Source: an uncultured Nitrosopumilaceae archaeon
GTDB taxonomy: Archaea; Thermoproteota; Nitrososphaeria; Nitrososphaerales; Nitrosopumilaceae
Assembly: GCA_964480245.1 (NCBI GenBank)
Contig: CAYZOW010000005.1
Span: forward strand, 30,991 to 54,990
Length of the DNA: 24,000 bases
Direction: 5' to 3'
Shown here: positions 8,947-15,946 of the stretch, one piece after another
Layout of the letters: each line of letters starts with the position of its first letter
Numbering within the stretch: the stretch's first letter is position 1
Position numbers and translations under genes: made by a program
The notes under the pieces: model-generated
Database searches by the model: none
What the model was told of the DNA's origin: nothing
What the model saw: the letters and a program-made list of their open reading frames with translations, nothing else

Positions 8947-10095
8947 TTATTTTAATGTATTAGTTAGTATATGCAATTCTTCGTTTATTTCATCTCGGCT
9001 TCTCCATCTGTGGATATCAATAAATAAACTATGTTTAACAAAATCTTCTCCTATTTTGCATTTCTTTTTGGGTCTATATTTTTTGTATAGTGGAATATCA
9101 TATTGAACTGTCTTATAACCTACACCAATTATTTTTCCTGGTCTGAAATTGATTCCTTTGATGTCAGACTTTGACTCATTCTCAAGAATTTTTTTTCTGT
9201 TTTTTGTCAACTTGTTAAGAAATGTGTCACGATCAATCTTTGTTACTTTTTCGTTAAATTTGCATCCCAATATCAAAAATGAATGTTCTATTCCGCGAGG
9301 TACTTTTGGAGGAATTATAGCATCTGGAAGTCTATTGAAGATGTAACTAGCATTGTTCCTAAAGGTACTAAGTATTTTTGGTAGTTTTCTGAGTTGTACC
9401 CTACCAAATGCTGCTTGTGGCTCAGTCATTCTAAAATTATATCCTACAGAAGAATCATCTTTGTAATATTCACCATGATTTCGTATTCTTCGACATTTTT
9501 CTGCAAATTCTTCGTTGTTAGTGATAATCATTCCGCCTTCTCCAAGAGTCGTGATATGTTTTGTCTCCTGGAAACTGAAGATTCCGCAATCTCCCATTGA
9601 GCCCACTATCTTTCCTTTGTATCTGGCACCCATAGCTTGTGCACAATCCTCAATGACAAAAATCCCTTTTTCTTTCATTTTCTGAATCATTTCATATTTG
9701 CAGGGGTGACCAAGTAAATGTACAGGAATAGAATATTTTATGGAATTATTTTCAAAATCATAATTCATGCAGTATGATGATTCATCAATGTCAGTAAAAA
9801 ACGGCGTTGCATCACAGGCTATTACTTGTGAAGTAGTAGCTGTAAAAGTTATGCAAGGTACGGCAACTTTGTGTTTGTTTCGTACACCAGCAGCTTTTTG
9901 TGATACAAACAATGCAGTAGTGCCAGAATTTACTGCTATACCATATCGACAACCATGATACTTGGCAAATTCTTTTTCAAATTTTTGAATCTCCTCTCCT
10001 CCAAGGTACTTGTTAGTATAACCAGATAGAAAGGAGGCGTTTTTTATAGAGTTGGTAACTGCATTGATTTCTTCTTTACCAAACCTCTCTATCAC
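8947..10095 (-). CDS. DegT/DnrJ/EryC1-family PLP-dependent sugar aminotransferase
   Basis: 382-aa ORF with NSGTTALFVS, EDCAQAMGA, and the catalytic-Lys strand SFQETKHITTLGEGGMIITN. Confidence 0.85.
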   Translation of the reverse strand: MIERFGKEEINAVTNSIKNASFLSGYTNKYLGGEEIQKFEKEFAKYHGCRYGIAVNSGTTALFVSQKAAGVRNKHKVAVPCITFTATTSQVIACDATPFFTDIDESSYCMNYDFENNSIKYSIPVHLLGHPCKYEMIQKMKEKGIFVIEDCAQAMGARYKGKIVGSMGDCGIFSFQETKHITTLGEGGMIITNNEEFAEKCRRIRNHGEYYKDDSSVGYNFRMTEPQAAFGRVQLRKLPKILSTFRNNASYIFNRLPDAIIPPKVPRGIEHSFLILGCKFNEKVTKIDRDTFLNKLTKNRKKILENESKSDIKGINFRPGKIIGVGYKTVQYDIPLYKKYRPKKKCKIGEDFVKHSLFIDIHRWRSRDEINEELHILTNTLK

Positions 10096-10162
10096 GAGTA
10101 CCAGCTATTTACCAATTGTATTTAATCCTTGATGGTTTGTCTCTGTATATCAATGCAATTTG

Positions 10163-11494
10163 TTAACACATTCCGCCCATCATCGAATCCAATGTTCTAG
10201 CCCCATCAAATATTTTTTGCTTCTTTCTCATTATAGGTGCTAATTTATCATTATATTTATCAAGTAAACGAGCTTGCTCCGCTCGTAGTTCCTGATTTGA
10301 CATGTAATTAGAATGCCACATTGTGTTAGCAAACTCATCAACACTAGACCAGTCCATCTCGTCATATTCCTTTGTCCAATAAGCTGTTCCTGGATACGGT
10401 GCTAATATTGAGAATCCAACTATTTCTGGTTCAATCTCGTCTAATAATGCCTCAGTTTGTTTTATGGTTTCATATGATTCAAGTGGTATGCCAAGAAGAC
10501 AGTACGTTCTTCTTCTTATTCCATGTTTTTTGGAAACTGTGAATGCTCTTCTTATCATTTCAACTGTGGTTCCTTTATTGATATGACGATGAATCTCCTC
10601 AGAACCAGATTCTAAACCCATCCAAAATTCTTCACAGTGAGCCTTTACAGCCCATTCACAAATCTCCTCATCTATTTTATCACATCGCATGTTACAACCC
10701 CATGGAACGTCTAACTTTTGTGCTACCATTTCCTTACACAAATTAATAAAGTGTGCTTTGGATGGATTAGTTTCTGCGTCATTCATCTTAAAAAATGTGA
10801 TATTGAACCTATCTTTTACCTCAAGCATTTCTTGCACAACTAGCTTTGGATTTCTACCACGCACTCTTATTGGACGTTCATATTTCATTTCACCGTTTAC
10901 CAAACCTGCCTTTCTCCATATTGTCCCAAATTGACCTTCAGCGCAGAAAGTACAACCAAAAGCACATCCTCGCTCTGTCATTATGGAAGTTACACGTCTG
11001 CCTTCTTCCCTTTCAGCTATGGAAATGTATCTGTTAAGATCAATAGAATCCCTATCTGGATTTGGAATGCTATCAACATCTGGAATTGGGGGGTTACTAA
11101 CTATTCTATTAGAAACAGCACCATTGATTATATCTAACATAGATTGTTCACCTTCTCCCATTACAAGATAATCTGTTGAAGGTTCTTGTAAAATCTTGTG
11201 TGGTTGTAGTGATGGACCGTATCCCCCAGCAACAGTTTTTATTTTTTTATTTGCTGATTTGATCAATTTACTTAGATGTATCATATGAGAGAGTTGTGGG
11301 GTCGTTCCGGAAAATCCTACAAAATCTGAATCTACTACTTTGTTTAAAATTTCTTCATCCGAGTCAAAATAACCATCAAGAATTTGTACCTCAAGATTTC
11401 CTTTGTATCGACTCTTGATAAACGATGAAATATACATGAGATTGGTTGGTTCCCATACACTGATATAATGTGCTCTGACAAGACTTACCTTCAT
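10163..11494 (-). CDS. Cobalamin-binding-domain radical SAM enzyme (class B rSAM); substrate unknown
   Basis: The N-terminal B12-binding-like Rossmann part reads FVGFSGTTPQ...KTVAGGYGPS...VMGEGEQSMLDII. The radical SAM cluster motif is ERGCAFGCTFCAEG (CX3CX2C). I place the start at the ATG at 11494 (MKVSLVRAH...) rather than the ORF-track 11557, because a TTTTATAT box lies ~29 nt upstream of 11494. Confidence 0.8.
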   Translation of the reverse strand: MKVSLVRAHYISVWEPTNLMYISSFIKSRYKGNLEVQILDGYFDSDEEILNKVVDSDFVGFSGTTPQLSHMIHLSKLIKSANKKIKTVAGGYGPSLQPHKILQEPSTDYLVMGEGEQSMLDIINGAVSNRIVSNPPIPDVDSIPNPDRDSIDLNRYISIAEREEGRRVTSIMTERGCAFGCTFCAEGQFGTIWRKAGLVNGEMKYERPIRVRGRNPKLVVQEMLEVKDRFNITFFKMNDAETNPSKAHFINLCKEMVAQKLDVPWGCNMRCDKIDEEICEWAVKAHCEEFWMGLESGSEEIHRHINKGTTVEMIRRAFTVSKKHGIRRRTYCLLGIPLESYETIKQTEALLDEIEPEIVGFSILAPYPGTAYWTKEYDEMDWSSVDEFANTMWHSNYMSNQELRAEQARLLDKYNDKLAPIMRKKQKIFDGARTLDSMMGGMC

Positions 11495-11527
11495 ACTTAT
11501 TAACCACATGCGTAACCGCATATAAAA

Positions 11528-11545
11528 CTGTATGAGTGTATACAG
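11528..11545 (-). terminator. Hairpin plus T-run between the GT4 gene and the B12-rSAM gene (possible terminator/promoter junction)
   Basis: On the minus strand, CTGTATACACTCATACAG (6-bp stem) is followed directly by TTTTATAT. That motif also serves as a TATA-like box ~29 nt upstream of the ATG at 11494. Confidence 0.3.
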
Positions 11546-11604
11546 ATTACATAACAAGTCATTTTGATATCTTTCCTAAAATCATGACTATTTTTATGAA
11601 AGCA

Positions 11605-12627
11605 TTAGGAACATAACTTTGAATAAAGATCTAGATACATCTTACCAACCACCGACCAATCATTGTTGTTTGCAACTTTATATGCATTTTCTGTTAACGT
11701 TATTCTTTTTTGTTTATCCGATAATAATTCAAATATTCCATTGAGTATTTCATCTGGAGAATTAGGATTTACTAAAAATGCTGTTTCCATGTGATGCAAC
11801 ATTTCTTTGTTTACATCTATATTGCTGGTTATAATTGGTGTTTTACAGTACATTGATTCAAGTAATGTAGAGCTCAAACCACCCTCAAATATAGATGGCT
11901 GTATAAGAATATCCGATCCTCGTATTAGTTCAACTGTTTTTTCTTTAGTTTGGTATCCAAGAAAATGAAGATTTGTTTTTCTTTCCGATGCCTCTTTTAC
12001 TCTTTTTTCTTCTTGTCCACTACCCAATATCAACAGATGTATGTCGTCAGGTAATTTTTCAGAGATTTCTAGCACATCTAAGATTCCTTTCTCCTTGGAA
12101 AGGCGGCCAGCAAAAATTATCTGTTTTTCATATCTTCTGTCTTTTCTTGGCGATAAAGATGAAAAGTCCATTCCGTTTGATATATAGTGAACCTTGAATC
12201 CCGTCTTGGCGTAATGATCACATATTGTTTTTGACATTGCTGTCAAGGCATCAGCCCATCCAAGTGCATCTTTTTCAAAGTTTCTTGAAAGCCTACCTGC
12301 TGTTTTCCCATGCAATAGTTCAACCTGATCAGGATGAACTCCTGTCAAGGTAAGCACTTTTTTTCCTGATGCGTGTTTCATGGGGAATGCTGCAGGAAGG
12401 TTAAATGCATGCACGATGTCATGTCCCCTCTTAAGCTTAGTTTTAAAAAATGCTGAAATCATAAAGCTTGGATTCTTTAATCTTCTAATTGGCAAGGTAA
12501 AGGTATTCTCAGATGAAATAATGTCAACCTCATGTTTTTCTTTTTTTAGATAATTAGATAGTCCTTGGACATGCTGAGCTGTGCCTCCAATACCTTTCTG
12601 CGTAGGAGATATAATCAGTATTTTCAA
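11605..12627 (-). CDS. Glycosyltransferase, GT4 / Glycos_transf_1 type
   Basis: 340-aa ORF. The N-terminus MKILIISPTQKGIGGTAQHVQGL is typical of GT4. The E-x7-E region reads PSIFEGGLSSTLLESMYCKTPIITS. Confidence 0.85.
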   Translation of the reverse strand: MKILIISPTQKGIGGTAQHVQGLSNYLKKEKHEVDIISSENTFTLPIRRLKNPSFMISAFFKTKLKRGHDIVHAFNLPAAFPMKHASGKKVLTLTGVHPDQVELLHGKTAGRLSRNFEKDALGWADALTAMSKTICDHYAKTGFKVHYISNGMDFSSLSPRKDRRYEKQIIFAGRLSKEKGILDVLEISEKLPDDIHLLILGSGQEEKRVKEASERKTNLHFLGYQTKEKTVELIRGSDILIQPSIFEGGLSSTLLESMYCKTPIITSNIDVNKEMLHHMETAFLVNPNSPDEILNGIFELLSDKQKRITLTENAYKVANNNDWSVVGKMYLDLYSKLCS

Positions 12628-12686
12628 TAATCACAACATGAATTATTGTCTTTTTAAGGTCTTATGAAAAGATATGATGTAAGATT

Positions 12687-14351
12687 TTAAGATAAGGCCT
12701 GTGATGCTTCGTGGAACATTTGGCTTTTTGCACAGCCTGCAGCAAGTTCGTCTCCTGCCCCCCTTCGCATAATTCCTCTATACAACCCATCTTCTAGTTT
12801 AGCGCCAACTTTTGCTTCCCATTCTTCTACTGTTGTAGAATATTTCTTCTGAATTCTATCTCTATACCACTCTGGGATTACATTAAAGGCACAAAATGGA
12901 ATTATTCTAAGGTCTGGTGTAACATAGTGAATATCACATCTTTGTAGTCTTTCTAGGTCTTCATTGTACTTGTCTTGGAAGTGCATCATGCCCAAGAATA
13001 GTCCTTTGACATGCCATGAACCAACAGAGCCAAATGATCTTTTCATCAAAATGTTTCCAAACATCTTTGCCAAGTCAAGGCCTGCTGGTTGCTTCTTCTT
13101 ATCAACGAAACTTGAAAGTTTTCTGACAACTTCAAGCATTGTAAAGTATTTGTTCTTGCCAGATCGAATCTCTTCTGCCTTGTCTTCAAAGAGTTCTAAC
13201 ATTCCTTGAATATCTGCAAATTTCGTCAGCGGTACAAACTTTTTGGTTTCTTGATCTTCAAAGATGTATGTACCAGCACCACATGCAAAGTGAATTGATA
13301 ACTCGTATTTTGGCTTGCTTGAAAATGCCTCTATAACATTTGTCAGCGGCATACAGCTTGGGACTGGGAACCAGTCATCTATAGTGACTTCACCATTTGT
13401 CTGCTCTTCTATTCTTTGAATGCAGTCAGGAATTGTGATTCTATATTTTTCACGTTCTTTCTTACCCATTCTTCCTGTCAATGAGACTGGTTGGAAGTTT
13501 ACTGCGTGAACAACATCAAGGTTCTTTTGTGCATATCTGATTATCCCACCTAATTCGTGGTCATTTATTGATTTGATAACTGTTGGAACAAAAACTACTG
13601 TAGTTCCTGTCTTTCGTGCACTCTCCAATGCATATGGAACTTCCCAATGATTCTTCGGATTTGTTCTGGCGGTTACACCATCAAAACTTAGATAGAGGTT
13701 GTTAACGCCTGCAAGTCTTACTTCACGCATTGCTTCTGGATCCAAAGCAAATCGGATTCCGTTTGTATTCATCTGTATATGATCAACACCTTCTTCTTTC
13801 ATTATTTTAATAACATCAACTATATCTTCTCGCAGCATTGGTTCCCCACCGGTAATCTGCATTGAATTTCCTGGAATTGGTCTTTCGGCGCGCAGAGTCT
13901 TCATCATTGCTCTGACTTGATCCAGTGATGGCTCATACATGTATGCGCCTTCAAGGCCCTTTTTCACATAAAAGAAACAATACCAACAAGTTAAATCACA
14001 TCTGTTAGTAACAATCATGTTTGCTAGTCCACTGTGGGATAAGTGATTAGAACAAAGGCCACAGTTGTTTGGGCATGAGCATTTGTCAATCATAACGTTT
14101 GGAGCGTGCGCACCCTTTCCGTCCATCCAATAGGTACTAAACTTCTTGTACATTTCATAAGAACCAAAGTAGAGCTCCTCGCACTCTCCATGTGTTGGAC
14201 AAGTCTTTGTCATGAACACCTTGCCGTCTCTTTCAAAGACCTCTGCATCCAAAATCATGTTACAGTCAGGGCATATACTTTGGGTAAATCTAATAGTAGC
14301 CTTCTTTCCTACTGTGGGTACCTTTTGGTTAGCAATCTGAATTAGCTCCAT
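12687..14351 (-). CDS. Radical SAM enzyme with N-terminal Cys4 ribbon and extra Cys cluster; tetraether lipid synthase (Tes/GDGT-MAS)-like
   Basis: 554-aa ORF. It has CPDC-x20-CPTHGEC (a rubredoxin/zinc-ribbon-like Cys4 site), CSCPNNCGLC (CxCx3Cx2C), the rSAM motif NRCDLTCWYC (CX3CX2C) and ITGGEP (SAM-binding GGE). The radical SAM call is firm. The Tes assignment rests on my recollection of the family architecture, confidence ~0.5. Confidence 0.85.
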   Translation of the reverse strand: MELIQIANQKVPTVGKKATIRFTQSICPDCNMILDAEVFERDGKVFMTKTCPTHGECEELYFGSYEMYKKFSTYWMDGKGAHAPNVMIDKCSCPNNCGLCSNHLSHSGLANMIVTNRCDLTCWYCFFYVKKGLEGAYMYEPSLDQVRAMMKTLRAERPIPGNSMQITGGEPMLREDIVDVIKIMKEEGVDHIQMNTNGIRFALDPEAMREVRLAGVNNLYLSFDGVTARTNPKNHWEVPYALESARKTGTTVVFVPTVIKSINDHELGGIIRYAQKNLDVVHAVNFQPVSLTGRMGKKEREKYRITIPDCIQRIEEQTNGEVTIDDWFPVPSCMPLTNVIEAFSSKPKYELSIHFACGAGTYIFEDQETKKFVPLTKFADIQGMLELFEDKAEEIRSGKNKYFTMLEVVRKLSSFVDKKKQPAGLDLAKMFGNILMKRSFGSVGSWHVKGLFLGMMHFQDKYNEDLERLQRCDIHYVTPDLRIIPFCAFNVIPEWYRDRIQKKYSTTVEEWEAKVGAKLEDGLYRGIMRRGAGDELAAGCAKSQMFHEASQALS

Positions 14352-14421
14352 ACTTACTTCCTTACACGCATTTTTCTGAGATAGTATTTAATCAATTTCC
14401 TACAAGACACCGTGGGTTTTG

Positions 14422-14441
14422 GGAGACATCGCATGGTCTCC
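14422..14441. promoter_or_regulatory. Perfect 6-bp inverted repeat (GGAGAC-N8-GTCTCC) in a divergent intergenic region
   Basis: GGAGACATCGCATGGTCTCC is followed by TATTTTA. It sits between the Tes-like rSAM gene (minus strand) and the trmB-family gene (plus strand). It could be an operator or an RNA hairpin. Confidence 0.25.
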
Positions 14442-14483
14442 TATTTTAGGTACGAGTGCTTGTTCGTAACTACCCTAGTTGAC

Positions 14484-14491
14484 ATATATAC
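14484..14491 (+). promoter_or_regulatory. TATA-like box upstream of the trmB-family gene
   Basis: ATATATAC lies within TTGACATATATACC, centred ~28 nt upstream of the ATG at 14516. This suggests a short or absent leader. Confidence 0.3.
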
Positions 14492-14515
14492 CAAAAGCGT
14501 CTCGAGTGAGAATAG

Positions 14516-15286
14516 ATGAGTCTTTCAGACAAGACCCGCAAGGCCCTTGAAAGAATAGGCCTGACAAGTTATGAGATAAAGACGTATTCTGCACTTTTAA
14601 AAACCGGTCAGATAAACGCTTCAGATCTAAGTCAGAAATCTGGTGTGCCATACTCAAAAATATACGAAGTCCTAGGCACGTTAGAAGAAAAGGGGTGGAT
14701 TGGTTCTGATGACTCTAGACCCACGCAATATTTTGCCAAGTCGCCTGCTACTGCAATAGAAACTACAAAGCAAAACCTAGAAGCAGACTTCAAAAAAAAT
14801 GAGTCTATAATCATAAAAGAACTCAATCCACTTTACGAACAAAGTGGTACAAGTGAGAGACCTGACATCTGGGTTCTTTCTGGTGTTGTAAATATTGCTT
14901 CTAAAATTTTGGAGATGGTGGACTCGTGCAGAACCGAAGTAATGATAGCCATCCCAAAAGTGGCAGAAGACCTAGCAAAAGAAGCACTGCCAAAGCTTAG
15001 ATTATTGCATGACAAGGGTGTTGACATCACCATATTGGTCTCTGAAGATGTGAATTCTGAGACTCTCAAATCATTATCAAGAGTAGCCAATGTAAAGATA
15101 AAGAAAGGACTCTTTGGTGGAGGCATAATATCAGACAAACGATACGTTGTCATACTGCTTGGTGAAGACCTTGGTACATCTGGCTCGGCTGAGGCAGTAG
15201 CAATTTGGGCAGATCACTCTGGTCTTGCTGGCTTTGCTCGTGAATATTTTGAATATTTATTAAAAGAATCAAAGGATGTAAAGTGA
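14516..15286 (+). CDS. TrmB-family transcriptional regulator (winged HTH plus C-terminal effector-like domain)
   Basis: 256-aa ORF. The N-terminus LGLTSYEIKTYSALLKTGQINASDLSQKSGVPYSKIYEVLGTLEEKGWI matches the TrmB HTH pattern. Confidence 0.85.
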   Translation: MSLSDKTRKALERIGLTSYEIKTYSALLKTGQINASDLSQKSGVPYSKIYEVLGTLEEKGWIGSDDSRPTQYFAKSPATAIETTKQNLEADFKKNESIIIKELNPLYEQSGTSERPDIWVLSGVVNIASKILEMVDSCRTEVMIAIPKVAEDLAKEALPKLRLLHDKGVDITILVSEDVNSETLKSLSRVANVKIKKGLFGGGIISDKRYVVILLGEDLGTSGSAEAVAIWADHSGLAGFAREYFEYLLKESKDVK

Positions 15287-15302
15287 GGAAAAAAGATTAG
15301 GT

Positions 15303-15749
15303 ATGAGTATGAAAGGAGATGAAGTTCTGTTTGTTGGTACAGCGGAAGCGGAGCATGTAGAGATGTATCTTAAGGCCATATGGCACATAAAAGAAGGTGG
15401 TGATCCTGTAAAAATAAGCACGATATCCAAGATGCTAAATGTCAGGCAGCCAAGTGTGGTCCAGATGTTAAAAAAGCTCAATGAGTCAAAACTTGTCAAT
15501 TATAATAAGACTGGCGTGTCCCTTACAAAGAGTGGCGAACAGGTAGGTTCCAATATGATGCGAAATAGTAGACTGTTGGAAGTGTTAATGGATAGTGCTC
15601 TTAAGGTTGACATAGATGAGGAAATGGTCTGTGGAATAGAACATCACATGAATGAACAGTTTACTGATGCACTTTGTACTATGCTAAAGCATCCAAGAAA
15701 ATGTCCACATGGACATGACATTCCACGCGGCAAATGTTGCAAAAATTGA
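15303..15749 (+). CDS. DtxR/MntR-family metal-dependent transcriptional repressor (no SH3-like tail)
   Basis: 148-aa ORF with EMYLKAIW, VRQPSVVQMLKKL, SLTKSGE, RNSRLLEVLM, GIEHHM and the C-terminal CPHGHDIP, all typical of iron/manganese-dependent repressors. It begins 16 nt after the TrmB stop. Confidence 0.85.
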   Translation: MSMKGDEVLFVGTAEAEHVEMYLKAIWHIKEGGDPVKISTISKMLNVRQPSVVQMLKKLNESKLVNYNKTGVSLTKSGEQVGSNMMRNSRLLEVLMDSALKVDIDEEMVCGIEHHMNEQFTDALCTMLKHPRKCPHGHDIPRGKCCKN

Positions 15750-15790
15750 TTTTGAGATAGGTTATATCACAGTAAAAGTTTCTTAGCATC

Positions 15791-15946
15791 ATGACATGTT
15801 TTTGTGGTTGTGAAACCTATGTTCGTGATCCTAATGGTTTCAAGATTGGATGTGTAAAATGCAATCATGGTCCACAAAACCATGAAGAAAGCTTCAAGCT
15901 AAAATCAAATCTTGGAGACAGTCAGAAACGTGGTTCTTTATCATAG
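15791..15946 (+). CDS. Small Cys/His-rich protein (51 aa), putative metal-binding mini-protein; not on the ORF track
   Basis: My translation is MTCFCGCETYVRDPNGFKIGCVKCNHGPQNHEESFKLKSNLGDSQKRGSLS*. It has five Cys and two or three His in CxCxC...CxxCxH spacing. A TTATAT box at 15762..15767 is centred ~26 nt upstream of the ATG. It lies 41 nt downstream of the metal regulator. Confidence 0.45.
   Translation: MTCFCGCETYVRDPNGFKIGCVKCNHGPQNHEESFKLKSNLGDSQKRGSLS

Noticed and set aside
11495-11557. 21-codon N-terminal extension of the B12-rSAM ORF (MLCNLYTLIQFYMRLRMWLIS...).
   Set aside because: The extension covers the TATA-like box and palindromes of the spacer and is hydrophobic nonsense. MKVSLVRAH... 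at 11494 aligns with the usual start of B12-binding domains.
12628-12686. An ATGATG-containing spacer was checked as a possible C/D box sRNA.
   Set aside because: There is no proper C box (RUGAUGA) and D box (CUGA) pair at the right spacing with terminal complementarity. The apparent downstream D-like element lies inside the coding 3' end of the rSAM gene.
14443-14480. Possible larger imperfect dyad, TAGGTACGA...TCGTAACTACCCTA, in the trmB upstream region.
   Set aside because: The arms need an insertion and mismatches to pair. Only the inner ACGA/TCGT 4-bp dyad is exact, which is not significant on its own.
15754-15770. GATAGGTTATATCAC resembles one half-site (TTAGGTTAG) of the classical DtxR operator, upstream of the Cys-rich mini-ORF.
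   Set aside because: Only one half-site matches and the second arm of the expected palindrome is absent. The match overlaps a TATA-like box in AT-rich DNA, so chance similarity is likely. It is kept only as a candidate to test.
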